Origin: an uncultured Acidobacteriota bacterium
GTDB taxonomy: Bacteria > Acidobacteriota > Vicinamibacteria > Vicinamibacterales > CAVVIG01
DNA: 64,000 nt
NCBI GenBank assembly: GCA_963757355.1
Contig: CAVWRG010000003.1
Location: 261,120-325,119 of the forward strand
Reading direction: 5' to 3'
Of the stretch, positions 1 to 7,910 are shown piece by piece. Position 1 is the stretch's first letter. Each line of letters starts with the position of its first letter. The position numbers and the translations under genes were made by a program. The notes under the pieces were generated by a model. That model searched no databases, was not told where the DNA came from, and saw nothing but the letters and a program-made list of their open reading frames with translations.

Positions 1-1552
1 CGTTCGGACGCCCAGACGATTCGATCGACTGCTGCGCGTTGATCACGAAGTTGAGCGCCACCTGCTCGATCTCCGTGAAGTTGGCGTAGACCGCGCGGGC
101 GGAGGAGATCTCGACGTCGAGCGCAATCGACAGGTTGTCGAGATCGCGGCGCCGAAGCTGGATCACTTCGGTGATCACGTCGCGCAGATCGATGAACGAC
201 GGCGGCTCGGATTGCTGGCCGCTGAACCGCGACAGGTTGCGGATGATCTCGCGGGCCCGCCCGCTCTGCGTCTTGACGAATGCGATTTCGTCGCGCGCCT
301 GCGCCGACAGATCTTCCTGCCGCTCCAGCAGTTCCGCCGTGCCGAGAATCGCCTGCAGAGGATTGTTCAGCTCGTGCGCGACGCCGGACACGAGGACGCC
401 GACGGCCGCGAGGCGCTCCTGCCGCACGACCTGTCGCTGCAGCGACTGCAGCGTCTCGCGCATTTTGCGCTCCTGCTCGATCTGATGATCGAGCGCCGCG
501 TGCGTCTCGCGCAGGTTGGCGGCCATCGTGATGAAACCGTCCTGAAGCTGCTCGAGCTCGAGGTTCGGCACCGGGTTCCGGGCGGGGGGCGACAGATCGC
601 CATCGGCAATGCGCTGCACGGCGATGCGGAGGCGATTGAGATCCCGGCTGAGGATCGCCGAGAGCCAGAGCGACACCGTCAGCACCGCGAAGATGGCGAG
701 CCCGCTGATAATCAGGTTGCGTCGTTTGAGATTGGCGATGCTCGAGGCGGCGACGTCAATTGGGATGCCGACGCTCAACAGCCACGGGCCGCGTTCCACG
801 ATCGCATTGCCATAGAACCGCTCGACGCCGTCCGGGCCAACGAGCGTTTGCGACCGCGCGACATCACGCGGCTGCATGGGGTTCGCGCTCATCGCGGTGC
901 CGATGAAGCGCTCCGGATCCCGGCTGCGCGCCAGCACGCGGCTCGCACCGTCGGCCAACGTGATCACGGATCCCTCCGGGAGCGGCACGCTGCCGAACAC
1001 CGTCTGCAGCCGCGCGAGATTGATGCCGAGTCCCAGCACACCGGAGATGCCGCCGTCCGGCCCCCACACCGGGTACCCGAGCACGATCGTCGACTTGCCG
1101 GACACCTGGCCTTTGAAGAGCTCGCTCACGACCGGCTTCCCCGTGGTCACGACGTCGTGGACGTATGCACGCGTCAGCTGTCCGAGCTGTGGCGAAACGG
1201 GCAGCCCGGATCCCTTCAGGGACCCGTGTGTATCGGTGAGCAGAATATTCAGGATGAGCGGCTGGTCGTGGATGATGCGGGCAAACAGGCGGTCGCACCG
1301 TGCGCGGTCGAGGGCCATCACATCCGGATGTTGCTCGAGCACCGACGCCATCAAGTCGAGGCCGCTCAGGTATTGATTCAAGTAGGCGGCCGCCGTCGAG
1401 GCGATCGAGGCGGCTTGATCACGGACGTCGTTCGCACGCTCGAGCCGCGTCCGCTGCGAGGCCCACATCGCGGCGACCGCGAACGGCAGCAGGAGGACGC
1501 CGGTCGCGACGAGCACCTGGCGACGAATGGGCTGGCCGTTGAAGATTCGCAA
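1..1552 (-). CDS. sensor histidine kinase (partial; C-terminal part runs off the left edge)
   Basis: Not in the ORF track because there is no stop in the window. The reverse-strand frame from TTG at 1552 stays open to position 1. It shows an N-terminal TM (VLVATGVLLLPFAVAAMW), a sensor region of about 250 aa, a second TM, a HAMP-like linker and the H-box SGVAHELNNPLQAILGTAELL. GC3 is high. Confidence 0.8.
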   Translation of the reverse strand, partial: MRIFNGQPIRRQVLVATGVLLLPFAVAAMWASQRTRLERANDVRDQAASIASTAAAYLNQYLSGLDLMASVLEQHPDVMALDRARCDRLFARIIHDQPLILNILLTDTHGSLKGSGLPVSPQLGQLTRAYVHDVVTTGKPVVSELFKGQVSGKSTIVLGYPVWGPDGGISGVLGLGINLARLQTVFGSVPLPEGSVITLADGASRVLARSRDPERFIGTAMSANPMQPRDVARSQTLVGPDGVERFYGNAIVERGPWLLSVGIPIDVAASSIANLKRRNLIISGLAIFAVLTVSLWLSAILSRDLNRLRIAVQRIADGDLSPPARNPVPNLELEQLQDGFITMAANLRETHAALDHQIEQERKMRETLQSLQRQVVRQERLAAVGVLVSGVAHELNNPLQAILGTAELLERQEDLSAQARDEIAFVKTQSGRAREIIRNLSRFSGQQSEPPSFIDLRDVITEVIQLRRRDLDNLSIALDVEISSARAVYANFTEIEQVALNFVINAQQSIESSGRPN

Positions 1553-1570
1553 GGATCCAGTGATTTTAGC

Positions 1571-2242
1571 TTAGACCAGCGGGTCGGGCACGCCCGCTTC
1601 ACTGAATCCTTTCGCTCGCAGCAGACAGCTGTCGCAGCGCCCGCACGGGCGGCCGGACGGCAACGGATCGTAACAGCTATGGGTCAGCCCGTAATCGAGG
1701 CCCAAGTCGAGTCCGCGGCGAATGATCTCGGCCTTGCTGAGCGAAATGAGCGGCGTGTGGATGTGGAACCGCGCGCCTTCGATCCCCGCGCGCGTGGCCA
1801 CGGCCGCCAGCAATTCGAACGCACTGATGAACGCGGGGCGGCAGTCGGGATAGCCCGAATAGTCGAGCGCGTTGACGCCGATCACGATGTCGTGCGCGCC
1901 GAGCGTTTCCGCCCAGCCGAGGGCGAGCGACAGGAAGACGGTGTTCCGCGCCGGCACGTAGGTGGAGGGAATGCCGGCGTCCACGGCGGCCACATCGCGA
2001 TCGCGCGGCACCGCATCATCCGACGTCAACGACGAGCCGCCGATGCCGCGCAGGTCCACGGAGAGCTCGAGATGCCGCTCGACGTCGAGGGCCTGCGCGA
2101 CGGCGCGCGCAGCGTCGACCTCGCAGGCGTGGCGCTGGCCGTACTGCACGGTGAGCGCGTACAGCGAAAAGCGCTGCGCCTTGGCGATCGCTGCGGCGGT
2201 GTACGAGTCGAGACCGCCACTCAGGAGGACTACTGCACGCAT
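1571..2242 (-). CDS. queC: 7-cyano-7-deazaguanine synthase
   Basis: Has LLSGGLDS (PP-loop) and a C-terminal Cys cluster [17 protein letters not shown]; 223 aa. Confidence 0.95.
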   Translation of the reverse strand: MRAVVLLSGGLDSYTAAAIAKAQRFSLYALTVQYGQRHACEVDAARAVAQALDVERHLELSVDLRGIGGSSLTSDDAVPRDRDVAAVDAGIPSTYVPARNTVFLSLALGWAETLGAHDIVIGVNALDYSGYPDCRPAFISAFELLAAVATRAGIEGARFHIHTPLISLSKAEIIRRGLDLGLDYGLTHSCYDPLPSGRPCGRCDSCLLRAKGFSEAGVPDPLV

Positions 2243-2245
2243 TGA

Positions 2246-2365
2246 GTGAATTGGTAACTTGGTGAATTGGTAATTTTACGCACGACGCGGTCGCCGAATC
2301 CTTCTTCCATTCGCCTTATCCACTCACCAACTCACCAATTTACCAATTTACCAATTTACCAATTA
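2246..2365. repeat. inverted low-complexity word repeat (GGTGAATTGG / CCAATTTACC arms) between queE and queC
   Basis: The left arm (2246-2276, gtgaattggtaacttggtgaattggtaattt) is roughly complementary to the right arm (2320-2365, ccactcaccaactcaccaatttaccaatttaccaatttaccaatta). The right arm includes the queE stop codon. Confidence 0.8.
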
Positions 2366-3004
2366 CACGCCCCTGGTGGTGGGTGACCAAATGTATTTGT
2401 GCAGCTGCAACTGCACACGGACGGGAAGATGGTCCGCCAGCACCCATTCCGACAGCGATCGCGCATCGAGCACGCCGTGCACCGGGGACATCAGCACCTC
2501 GGCGGCGCGCGTCGCGAGATCGTGGCGCGCGATCACGTCGCGCGCGAACTCGTAGTCCGCACGATCCTGCACGACGAACTTCACTTCGTCGTGCGGCGCG
2601 AGGCGCGCGAGATTCGCCCACTCGTTCTTGTCCGCTTCCCCGCTGCCGGGACACTTGACGTCCACGATCTTCACGACACCCGCCGGCACGCGATCGATCG
2701 GCCGGTGACCGCCGGTCTCCAGCAGCACGGTTCGGCCGTCCTGCATCAGCCGGTCCATCAGCGCGTAAACATCCTCCTGCAGCAGCGGCTCGCCGCCGGT
2801 AATCTCGACGAGCGGACACTGATACTGTGCGACGGTGTCGACGATGTCGGCGACCGAGCGTTTGTGGCCTTCGTGGAAGGCATACGGCGTGTCGCACCAC
2901 GAGCAGCGCAGATCGCAGGCCGTCAGCCGCACGAACACACACGGCCGTCCGGCGCGGGTGGACTCTCCCTGGATCGAGTAGAAGATCTCGTTGACGGTCA
3001 GCAT
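2363..3004 (-). CDS. queE: 7-carboxy-7-deazaguanine synthase (radical SAM)
   Basis: N-terminus EIFYSIQGEST, CxxxCxxC-like radical SAM cluster (CDLRCSWCDTPYA); 213 aa. Confidence 0.95.
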   Translation of the reverse strand: MLTVNEIFYSIQGESTRAGRPCVFVRLTACDLRCSWCDTPYAFHEGHKRSVADIVDTVAQYQCPLVEITGGEPLLQEDVYALMDRLMQDGRTVLLETGGHRPIDRVPAGVVKIVDVKCPGSGEADKNEWANLARLAPHDEVKFVVQDRADYEFARDVIARHDLATRAAEVLMSPVHGVLDARSLSEWVLADHLPVRVQLQLHKYIWSPTTRGV

Positions 3005-3021
3005 CCGTCTTTCATTATCCT

Positions 3022-3360
3022 ATGGACATGGCGAAACCGACCTTCTACTGGAAACCCACTTGAACGACCTGCAAAAACGCCAGAAGTTATCTGGACACGG
3101 CGCACGTCGCAGTACACGAAGTCGACATCAACAAAGAGCCACCGTCGCGACAGTTTCTCGAGCAGCACATCGACGCGGATCACTTCCTCGACTACGTGAG
3201 CACGCGGAGTCCCGTCTTCAAGGAGCGCCCGCTGCCCCGGTCGAAGAAGGAAGCCATCGACCTCATGATGGAAAACGCAAACCTCATCAGGCGGCCGATC
3301 CTCATCCAGGGCTCAACCGTGATTTTCGGGTTCGATAAAGACGCGTACAGTGAGCTCTAA
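3022..3360 (+). CDS. ArsC/Spx/YffB-family thiol-redox protein with in-frame TGA (candidate selenocysteine) at 3061-3063
   Basis: My own translation gives MDMAKPTFYWKPT-[TGA]-TTCKNARSYLD...NANLIRRPILIQGSTVIFGFDKDAYSEL. The TGA falls exactly where this family has the first Cys of its CxxC motif (compare NCDTCKKARRWL in YffB or SCTSCRKAR in Spx). There is no other stop up to TAA at 3358-3360. The ORF track misses the gene. Confidence 0.6.
3078..3099 (+). promoter_or_regulatory. candidate bacterial SECIS-like hairpin downstream of the TGA
   Basis: Stem ccaga(3080-3084)/tctgg(3090-3094) with loop AGUUA containing G-U, plus 2 extra bp (3078-3079 with 3098-3099) across a 3-nt bulge. The loop starts 22 nt after the UGA. 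The stem is short, so the call is weak. Confidence 0.3.
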
Positions 3361-4399
3361 CCTGCGCATCGGCACGTCGGGTTGGAACTATCCGTCTGGC
3401 CGAGGGACGTGGAACGGCGTGTTCTATCCGCCGCCACGGCGGCGCCCGAAAGGATTCGACGAGCTCGCCTTCTACGCCGAGCACTTCGACACGGTCGAGA
3501 TCAACTCGACGTTCTACGGCCAGCCGCGCGCCGACGTCGCGCGGACGTGGGCCGAGCGCACGCCGCCCGCATTCGAATTCTCGGTGAAGCTCTATCAGAA
3601 GTTCACGCATCCCAAGATGTACTCGGAGCGCGTGGCGCGTACGCTGCCGCCGGACGCCCGCGGCGACGCGAGTCTGGTCGGCATGCTTGCGGCGCCGAAC
3701 TCGGCTGATCTCGACGAGTTTCGGCGCGGCATCGATCCACTGGCGTCGAGCGGCAAGCTGGGCGCGCTGCTCGCGCAGTTTCCGCCGAGTTTCAAGGATG
3801 CGCCGGCGTCGCGCGAATACCTCGCCGGCCTGCTGCGCGCGTTCGCCGGATACGCCGTGGCGGTGGAGCTCCGTCACCGCAGCTGGAGCGACGGCATCGG
3901 CAACACGTTGACGCTGCTGAACGAATTCGGTGCGGCCTGGGTGCAGATCGATGAGCCGAAATTCCAGTTCTCCATCCGCCAGAACCATCTGCCCAACGTG
4001 AAGGGCTTTTACTACATGCGGCTGCACGGCAGGAATGCCGCCGCGTGGTGGCGCCACGACAAGGCCGAAGACCGCTACGACTACCTCTATTCGGCCAGCG
4101 AGCTGAAGGAGTTTGCCGACACCGCGGATGCGGCGCGGCACCTGGTGAAGAAGACCTATCTCTAAAACACGAACAATCACTTCTCCGCGAAGTCGGTGGC
4201 GAACGCGGCGATGATCAAGCAGCAGCTCGGCGAGCCGGCGACCGGCGAGTACCCTCGGGAATTCGCCGAGCGCTACCCGGAAATCGCCTCCGCTCTCACG
4301 ATCGCGTCCGGCGCGGGGGCGTCCGCTATTCCCTCACGTACATCCTCCGGATCAGATCGCCTTTTTGAAGCTGCGCCGGCACATCCGCGCCGGAAATAA
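3350..4399 (+). pseudogene. DUF72 (UPF0759/YecE-like) gene interrupted by in-frame TAA at 4163-4165
   Basis: The track ORF 3350-4165 (GTSGWNYPSGRGTWNGVFYP..., DTVEINSTFYGQP) stops at TAA. The same frame continues as NTNNHFSAKSVANAAMIKQQLGEPATGEYPREFAERYPEIA, which matches the conserved DUF72 C-terminus (NNH..G.AV.NA..L). Track ORF 4196-4399 is in the same frame. Confidence 0.55.
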
Positions 4400-4856
4400 T
4401 CCGGCCGAACACCGCGTACCTGCCGTTCAAGTCGGGCCGATCCGCGAGCGTCACGTAGATCTGACTGTCGGCCGCAGCCGGGTTGCCCAGGTGTGCCATG
4501 CCGACGGCGCCCTTCGTGTGCGGATGTTTCTTCGACATCTCCGCCGCGCCGATGGGCGCGCCGCTCGACGCCGCCTCGCCCCGGCCCCACTCGCTTTCCT
4601 GGGCGAGATCGCGGGATCGAGGATCACCCCATTGCACGACGAACCCCGGCAGGGCGCGGTGGACACGCTGGCCATCGTAAAATCCGCGCTTCACCAGGGC
4701 CATGATGTGTGCGACGGTCTGTGGTGCGTCGGCGGGGTACATCTCGAACGCGAACGTGCCCTTCGTCGTATCGACCACCACGACGGGAGCGGCGTTCTGC
4801 GCCGGAGCGGCCGTCGCCGCGGCGATCGCGATCAGCAGCGCGCAGCCGAGCCTCAC
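4326..4856 (-). CDS. secreted cyclophilin-type peptidyl-prolyl cis-trans isomerase
   Basis: Signal peptide LGCALLIAIAAATAAPAQ; FYDGQRVHRALPGFVVQWGDP and YAVFGRII motifs. The GTG at 4856 overlaps the nth stop (GTGA); an alternative ATG lies at 4895. Confidence 0.85.
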   Translation of the reverse strand: MRLGCALLIAIAAATAAPAQNAAPVVVVDTTKGTFAFEMYPADAPQTVAHIMALVKRGFYDGQRVHRALPGFVVQWGDPRSRDLAQESEWGRGEAASSGAPIGAAEMSKKHPHTKGAVGMAHLGNPAAADSQIYVTLADRPDLNGRYAVFGRIISGADVPAQLQKGDLIRRMYVRE

Positions 4857-5524
4857 GACTTCCCTTCCTGCGTCACGCCGATGCGCGGACACCACTCACG
4901 GATCACGCACGCGCCGCACCGCGGGTAGACCGGACGGCAGACGTTCTGTCCCCAGGTGACGAGATACAGATTGATGTACGGCCACCAGCGATCCGCCGTC
5001 GCGGCGTACAACGCCTGCTCGGTCTCATCTGGCGATTTCGTGCGCACCCATCCCAGCCGGTTCGCGATGCGGTGCACGTGGGTATCGACGCAGATGTTCT
5101 TCAGGCTGCGGAACGACAGAATCAGCACGAGGTTTGCCGTCTTCCGGCCGACGCCCGGCAGCGTCAGCAGTTCCTGCATCGTGCCCGGCACGCGGCCCTT
5201 GAATCGGTCGACGAGGATCTTGCACGTCTGCTTCACGTGCCGGGCTTTGTGCCGGTAGAAGCTGACGGGATAAATCAGCTTCTCGATCTGCTTCACAGTC
5301 AGCTTCGCCATCGTCCGCGGCGTACGCGCGACGCGGAACAGCCGCGCGGAGGCCGCGGCGGTGACCGGGTCCCGCGTCTGCGCTGACAGCATCGTGGCGA
5401 TCAACACCTGGAAGGGATCTTCGGGACTCGCTTCGGAGATCTTCTCGACGGCCGGCAGATCGAGGTGATCGATCGCCAGCGCGAGGGCGCGCATGACCGG
5501 CTCGACATGACGGCTTCTCTTCAC
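4853..5524 (-). CDS. nth: endonuclease III
   Basis: HhH-GPD motif LPGVGRKTANLVL, VDTHVHR, and the C-terminal Fe-S cluster CRPVYPRCGACVIREWC. Confidence 0.92.
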   Translation of the reverse strand: MKRSRHVEPVMRALALAIDHLDLPAVEKISEASPEDPFQVLIATMLSAQTRDPVTAAASARLFRVARTPRTMAKLTVKQIEKLIYPVSFYRHKARHVKQTCKILVDRFKGRVPGTMQELLTLPGVGRKTANLVLILSFRSLKNICVDTHVHRIANRLGWVRTKSPDETEQALYAATADRWWPYINLYLVTWGQNVCRPVYPRCGACVIREWCPRIGVTQEGKS

Positions 5525-5543
5525 AACGGCAAGCCCGTGATCC

Positions 5544-5578
5544 GTGAATTGGTGAGTTGGTGAATGGGTGAGTTGGTG
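5544..5578. repeat. single-arm word repeat of the GGTGA(A/G)TTGG family
   Basis: Sequence gtgaattggtgagttggtgaatgggtgagttggtg, lying between the nth start and the dehydrogenase stop. The word matches the element at 2246-2365. Confidence 0.7.
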
Positions 5579-5588
5579 TTCCCAAATT

Positions 5589-6533
5589 TCATTCGGGAAC
5601 CGGTGTCAGTGGCGGACGGCCTGCGAGGACGGCGAGCACATTGTCGGCTGCGAGATCGGCCATCGCCGTGCGCGTTTCCGTGGTGCCGCTGGCGAGATGC
5701 GGCACGAGGAGCACGTTTTCGAGCGACAGCAGGTCCGGGTGAACCTCCGGCTCGTTCTCGTAGACATCGAGCGCCGCGCCTGCGATCAGATGGTGCTGCA
5801 GCGCCCACGCGAGCGCCCCTTCGTCCACGACCGGACCGCGTGCGGTGTTGATCAGATACGCGGAGCGCTTCATGCGCGAGAACGCCCGCTGGTCGATCAG
5901 GTGACGCGTCTCCGGCGTCAAGGGCACGTGCAGCGACACGACGTCGGACGTATTCAGCAGACGATCCAGCGACATCGCTTCCGCTCCTGGCAGATCCGAC
6001 TCCCGCCTCGACGTGTAGGCGACCCGCATGCCGAACGCGGGCGCCCGCGCCGCGACGGCGCGCGCGATACGGCCCAGGCCGACGATCCCCAGCTGCTTGC
6101 CCTTCAGCTCGGTGCCGAGCATGAAGTCGAGCGCCCAGCCTTTCCACTCGCCGCGCCGCAGCAGCCGTTCACCCTCGGACAACCGGCGCGTAATCGCCAG
6201 GATGAGCGACCAGGTGAAATCGGCCACCGACTCGGTGAGCACATCGGGCGTGTTGGTGACGACGATGCCGCGAGAGCGGGCATACGGGACGTCCACGTTG
6301 TTGAAGCCGACCGCGACGTTGGCGACGATCTTCAGCGACGGCGCCGCATCGATCACGCGTCGATCGATGCGATCCGTGAGCAGACACACGAGCGCGTCCT
6401 TGCCGTCGAGACGGGCGCACAATTCATCCGGCGGAATCGCCGCGTCCCCCGTATACAGGTCGACGTCGCCGATCGCCCGGAGCTTCGCCAGGACGGACGA
6501 TGGAAGTTTCCGGGTGATGAGAATGCTGGGCAT
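5589..6533 (-). CDS. D-isomer-specific 2-hydroxyacid dehydrogenase (glyoxylate/hydroxypyruvate reductase-like)
   Basis: NAD-binding LGIVGLGRIARAVA, catalytic region LINTARGPVVDE, and VLLVPHLASGT. Confidence 0.85.
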   Translation of the reverse strand: MPSILITRKLPSSVLAKLRAIGDVDLYTGDAAIPPDELCARLDGKDALVCLLTDRIDRRVIDAAPSLKIVANVAVGFNNVDVPYARSRGIVVTNTPDVLTESVADFTWSLILAITRRLSEGERLLRRGEWKGWALDFMLGTELKGKQLGIVGLGRIARAVAARAPAFGMRVAYTSRRESDLPGAEAMSLDRLLNTSDVVSLHVPLTPETRHLIDQRAFSRMKRSAYLINTARGPVVDEGALAWALQHHLIAGAALDVYENEPEVHPDLLSLENVLLVPHLASGTTETRTAMADLAADNVLAVLAGRPPLTPVPE

Positions 6534-6555
6534 GGTCGGAATGAGATCGGTCTAA

Positions 6556-6625
6556 CACAAAGGACACAATGGACACAAAGGAAACCTCTACTGGCTTTAC
6601 CTTGGTGTCCTTGGTGTCCTCTGTG
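6556..6625. repeat. hairpin of CAC(A/G)(A/G)AGG words after the BMC operon
   Basis: Arm cacaaaggacacaatggacacaaagg (6556-6581) pairs with ccttggtgtccttggtgtcctctgtg (6600-6625), with an 18-nt loop. Confidence 0.8.
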
Positions 6626-6662
6626 TTGAATCAGCGCGTCGTTCACCAGAAAGCGCGCGGCT

Positions 6663-6908
6663 TCAGTGTCCGTACGACTGGCAGAACCCGCAGTGGTTGC
6701 AGCGCACCGCCGGCTCGATCAAGCACGCACCGTCAGTGTCGCCGCCGGATGCCAGGGGAAGCAGCCCGTGGCTGGCGTGCAGCCGGCAGGCATCCTGTCC
6801 CGGCGAAGGCGCAGCCGCCGAGGCGGGCGACCCGGCCTGGCGGGCGATCGCGTCACGCACCATCGCGCGGAGCTCCTGCTCAGAGACTTCCATCGAATTC
6901 CACGTCAT
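6663..6908 (-). CDS. small Cys/His-rich protein with N-terminal encapsulation-peptide-like helix
   Basis: 81 aa (76 if it starts at ATG 6893). It has helix SEQELRAMVRDAIARQ, a Pro/Ala/Ser linker and a C-terminal C-x7-C-x2-C-x2-C (ACLIEPAVRCNHCGFCQSYGH). GC3 is high. It overlaps the 3' end of the preceding BMC-P gene. Confidence 0.6.
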   Translation of the reverse strand: MTWNSMEVSEQELRAMVRDAIARQAGSPASAAAPSPGQDACRLHASHGLLPLASGGDTDGACLIEPAVRCNHCGFCQSYGH

Positions 6909-7158
6909 CGATGATCCCGATGATCGCGGCGTCCACGGGCGCCGCTTTCCGGCCCAGCGCCTCTCCAGCCGCGCGACCCTCGAGGACGATCAGGACTTTT
7001 TCGTGCACGCCAGCGCCGACGCCGTCCACCGCGAGCAACGCCACACCGCGCGGCGTGTCGTCCATATTCAGCGGCTGCACCAGCAACAGCTTGGCGCCCT
7101 CGAACTTCTTGTGCTTCTGCGTCGCGACGACGGTCCCCACGACTCGGCCAATCTGCAT
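6880..7158 (-). CDS. BMC vertex pentamer protein (BMC-P, EutN/CcmL family), paralog 1
   Basis: MQIGRVVGTVVATQK...LLLVQP...AVDGVGAGVHEKVLIV...VDAAIIGIID; 92 aa. Confidence 0.9.
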   Translation of the reverse strand: MQIGRVVGTVVATQKHKKFEGAKLLLVQPLNMDDTPRGVALLAVDGVGAGVHEKVLIVLEGRAAGEALGRKAAPVDAAIIGIIDDVEFDGSL

Positions 7159-7265
7159 CTGGTTATCTGGTTATCTAGTGATCTGGTTATCTGGTTATCT
7201 GGTTATTTGGTTATCTGGTTTCAATGATTCAATAAATGACCATATAACCAGATAACGAGATGACC
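7159..7265. repeat. octamer (CTGGTTAT) tandem array forming a hairpin between two BMC-P genes
   Basis: About eight copies of ctggttat/ctagtgat lie at 7159-7220. A complementary arm accatataaccagataacgagatgacc lies at 7239-7265. Confidence 0.8.
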
Positions 7266-7269
7266 ACAT

Positions 7270-7542
7270 TTACGTGTCTGCGAGGTTCCAGTGATCGACG
7301 ATGCCGACGATGCCCGCGTCGACCGGCGGCTCGGCCGGGTAAAACGGAAAGCTCGCTTCCTTGCCGCGCACGAAGAAGACGTTCTCGCCAATGCCCGCGC
7401 CGACGGCGTCGACGGCGACGATCGGCCGTCCGGCCGGCTCGCCCGCGGGTGTGAGCGGCTGCACGACGAGCAGCTTGATGCCGGCAAGTTGCGCGTCTTT
7501 CTGCGTGGCGACGACGTCGCCAATCACACGGGCGAGGTGCAT
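7270..7542 (-). CDS. BMC vertex pentamer protein (BMC-P), paralog 2
   Basis: MHLARVIGDVVATQK...LLVVQP...AVDAVGAGIGENVFFV...VDAGIVGIVD. ATG at 7542 has GGAG 10 nt upstream. The track extension to 7620 would overlap paralog 3. Confidence 0.88.
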   Translation of the reverse strand: MHLARVIGDVVATQKDAQLAGIKLLVVQPLTPAGEPAGRPIVAVDAVGAGIGENVFFVRGKEASFPFYPAEPPVDAGIVGIVDHWNLADT

Positions 7543-7564
7543 GGGACGACGCTCCAAGGGGTCA

Positions 7565-7843
7565 TCAGCGCTTCTCTTCCTGGAGATCCACGGTGTCGAT
7601 GATGCCGACGACCGCGGCATCCACCGGACAATCCTTCAATCCGGACGCCATCCGCGCCGAGCTGCCGCTGACGATCAGCACCGTCTCGCCGACGCCGGCA
7701 TCGACGGTGTCGACGGCGACCAGATAATGGCCTTCCGGCGTGCCGCGCGGATCCATCGGCCGCGCAATGAGCAGCTTACTGCTGACGAGGCGCGGATCCT
7801 TCCTCGTCGCAACGATGGTTCCTACGATTTTCGCCAGCAGCAT
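7565..7843 (-). CDS. BMC vertex pentamer protein (BMC-P), paralog 3
   Basis: MLLAKIVGTIVATRK...LLIARP...AVDTVDAGVGETVLIV...VDAAVVGIID; 92 aa. Confidence 0.9.
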   Translation of the reverse strand: MLLAKIVGTIVATRKDPRLVSSKLLIARPMDPRGTPEGHYLVAVDTVDAGVGETVLIVSGSSARMASGLKDCPVDAAVVGIIDTVDLQEEKR

Positions 7844-7910
7844 TCAGATTTTTCGATTTTCGATTGCAGAGCTTCAATCGTCGCCCGTCCATCGAGCGGA
7901 GATTTCAGCG

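Noticed and set aside
212-2245. 677-aa plus-strand ORF
   Set aside because: It is antisense to the histidine kinase and to queC, both of which have clear family motifs on the minus strand. The translation is Arg/Ala/Gly-rich with no motifs, a typical high-GC antisense artefact.
3005-3021. preQ1 riboswitch upstream of queE
   Set aside because: Only 17 nt separate queE from the divergent ArsC-like start, and I saw no preQ1-type hairpin or ACCCCUAA-like tail.
5589-6533. 2-hydroxyacid dehydrogenase as a BMC cargo enzyme
   Set aside because: It has no terminal amphipathic extension resembling the EL.A(L/M)(I/V).DAI helix. It is separated from the operon by a 130-nt spacer containing a strong hairpin. 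A functional link is possible but the sequence does not support it.
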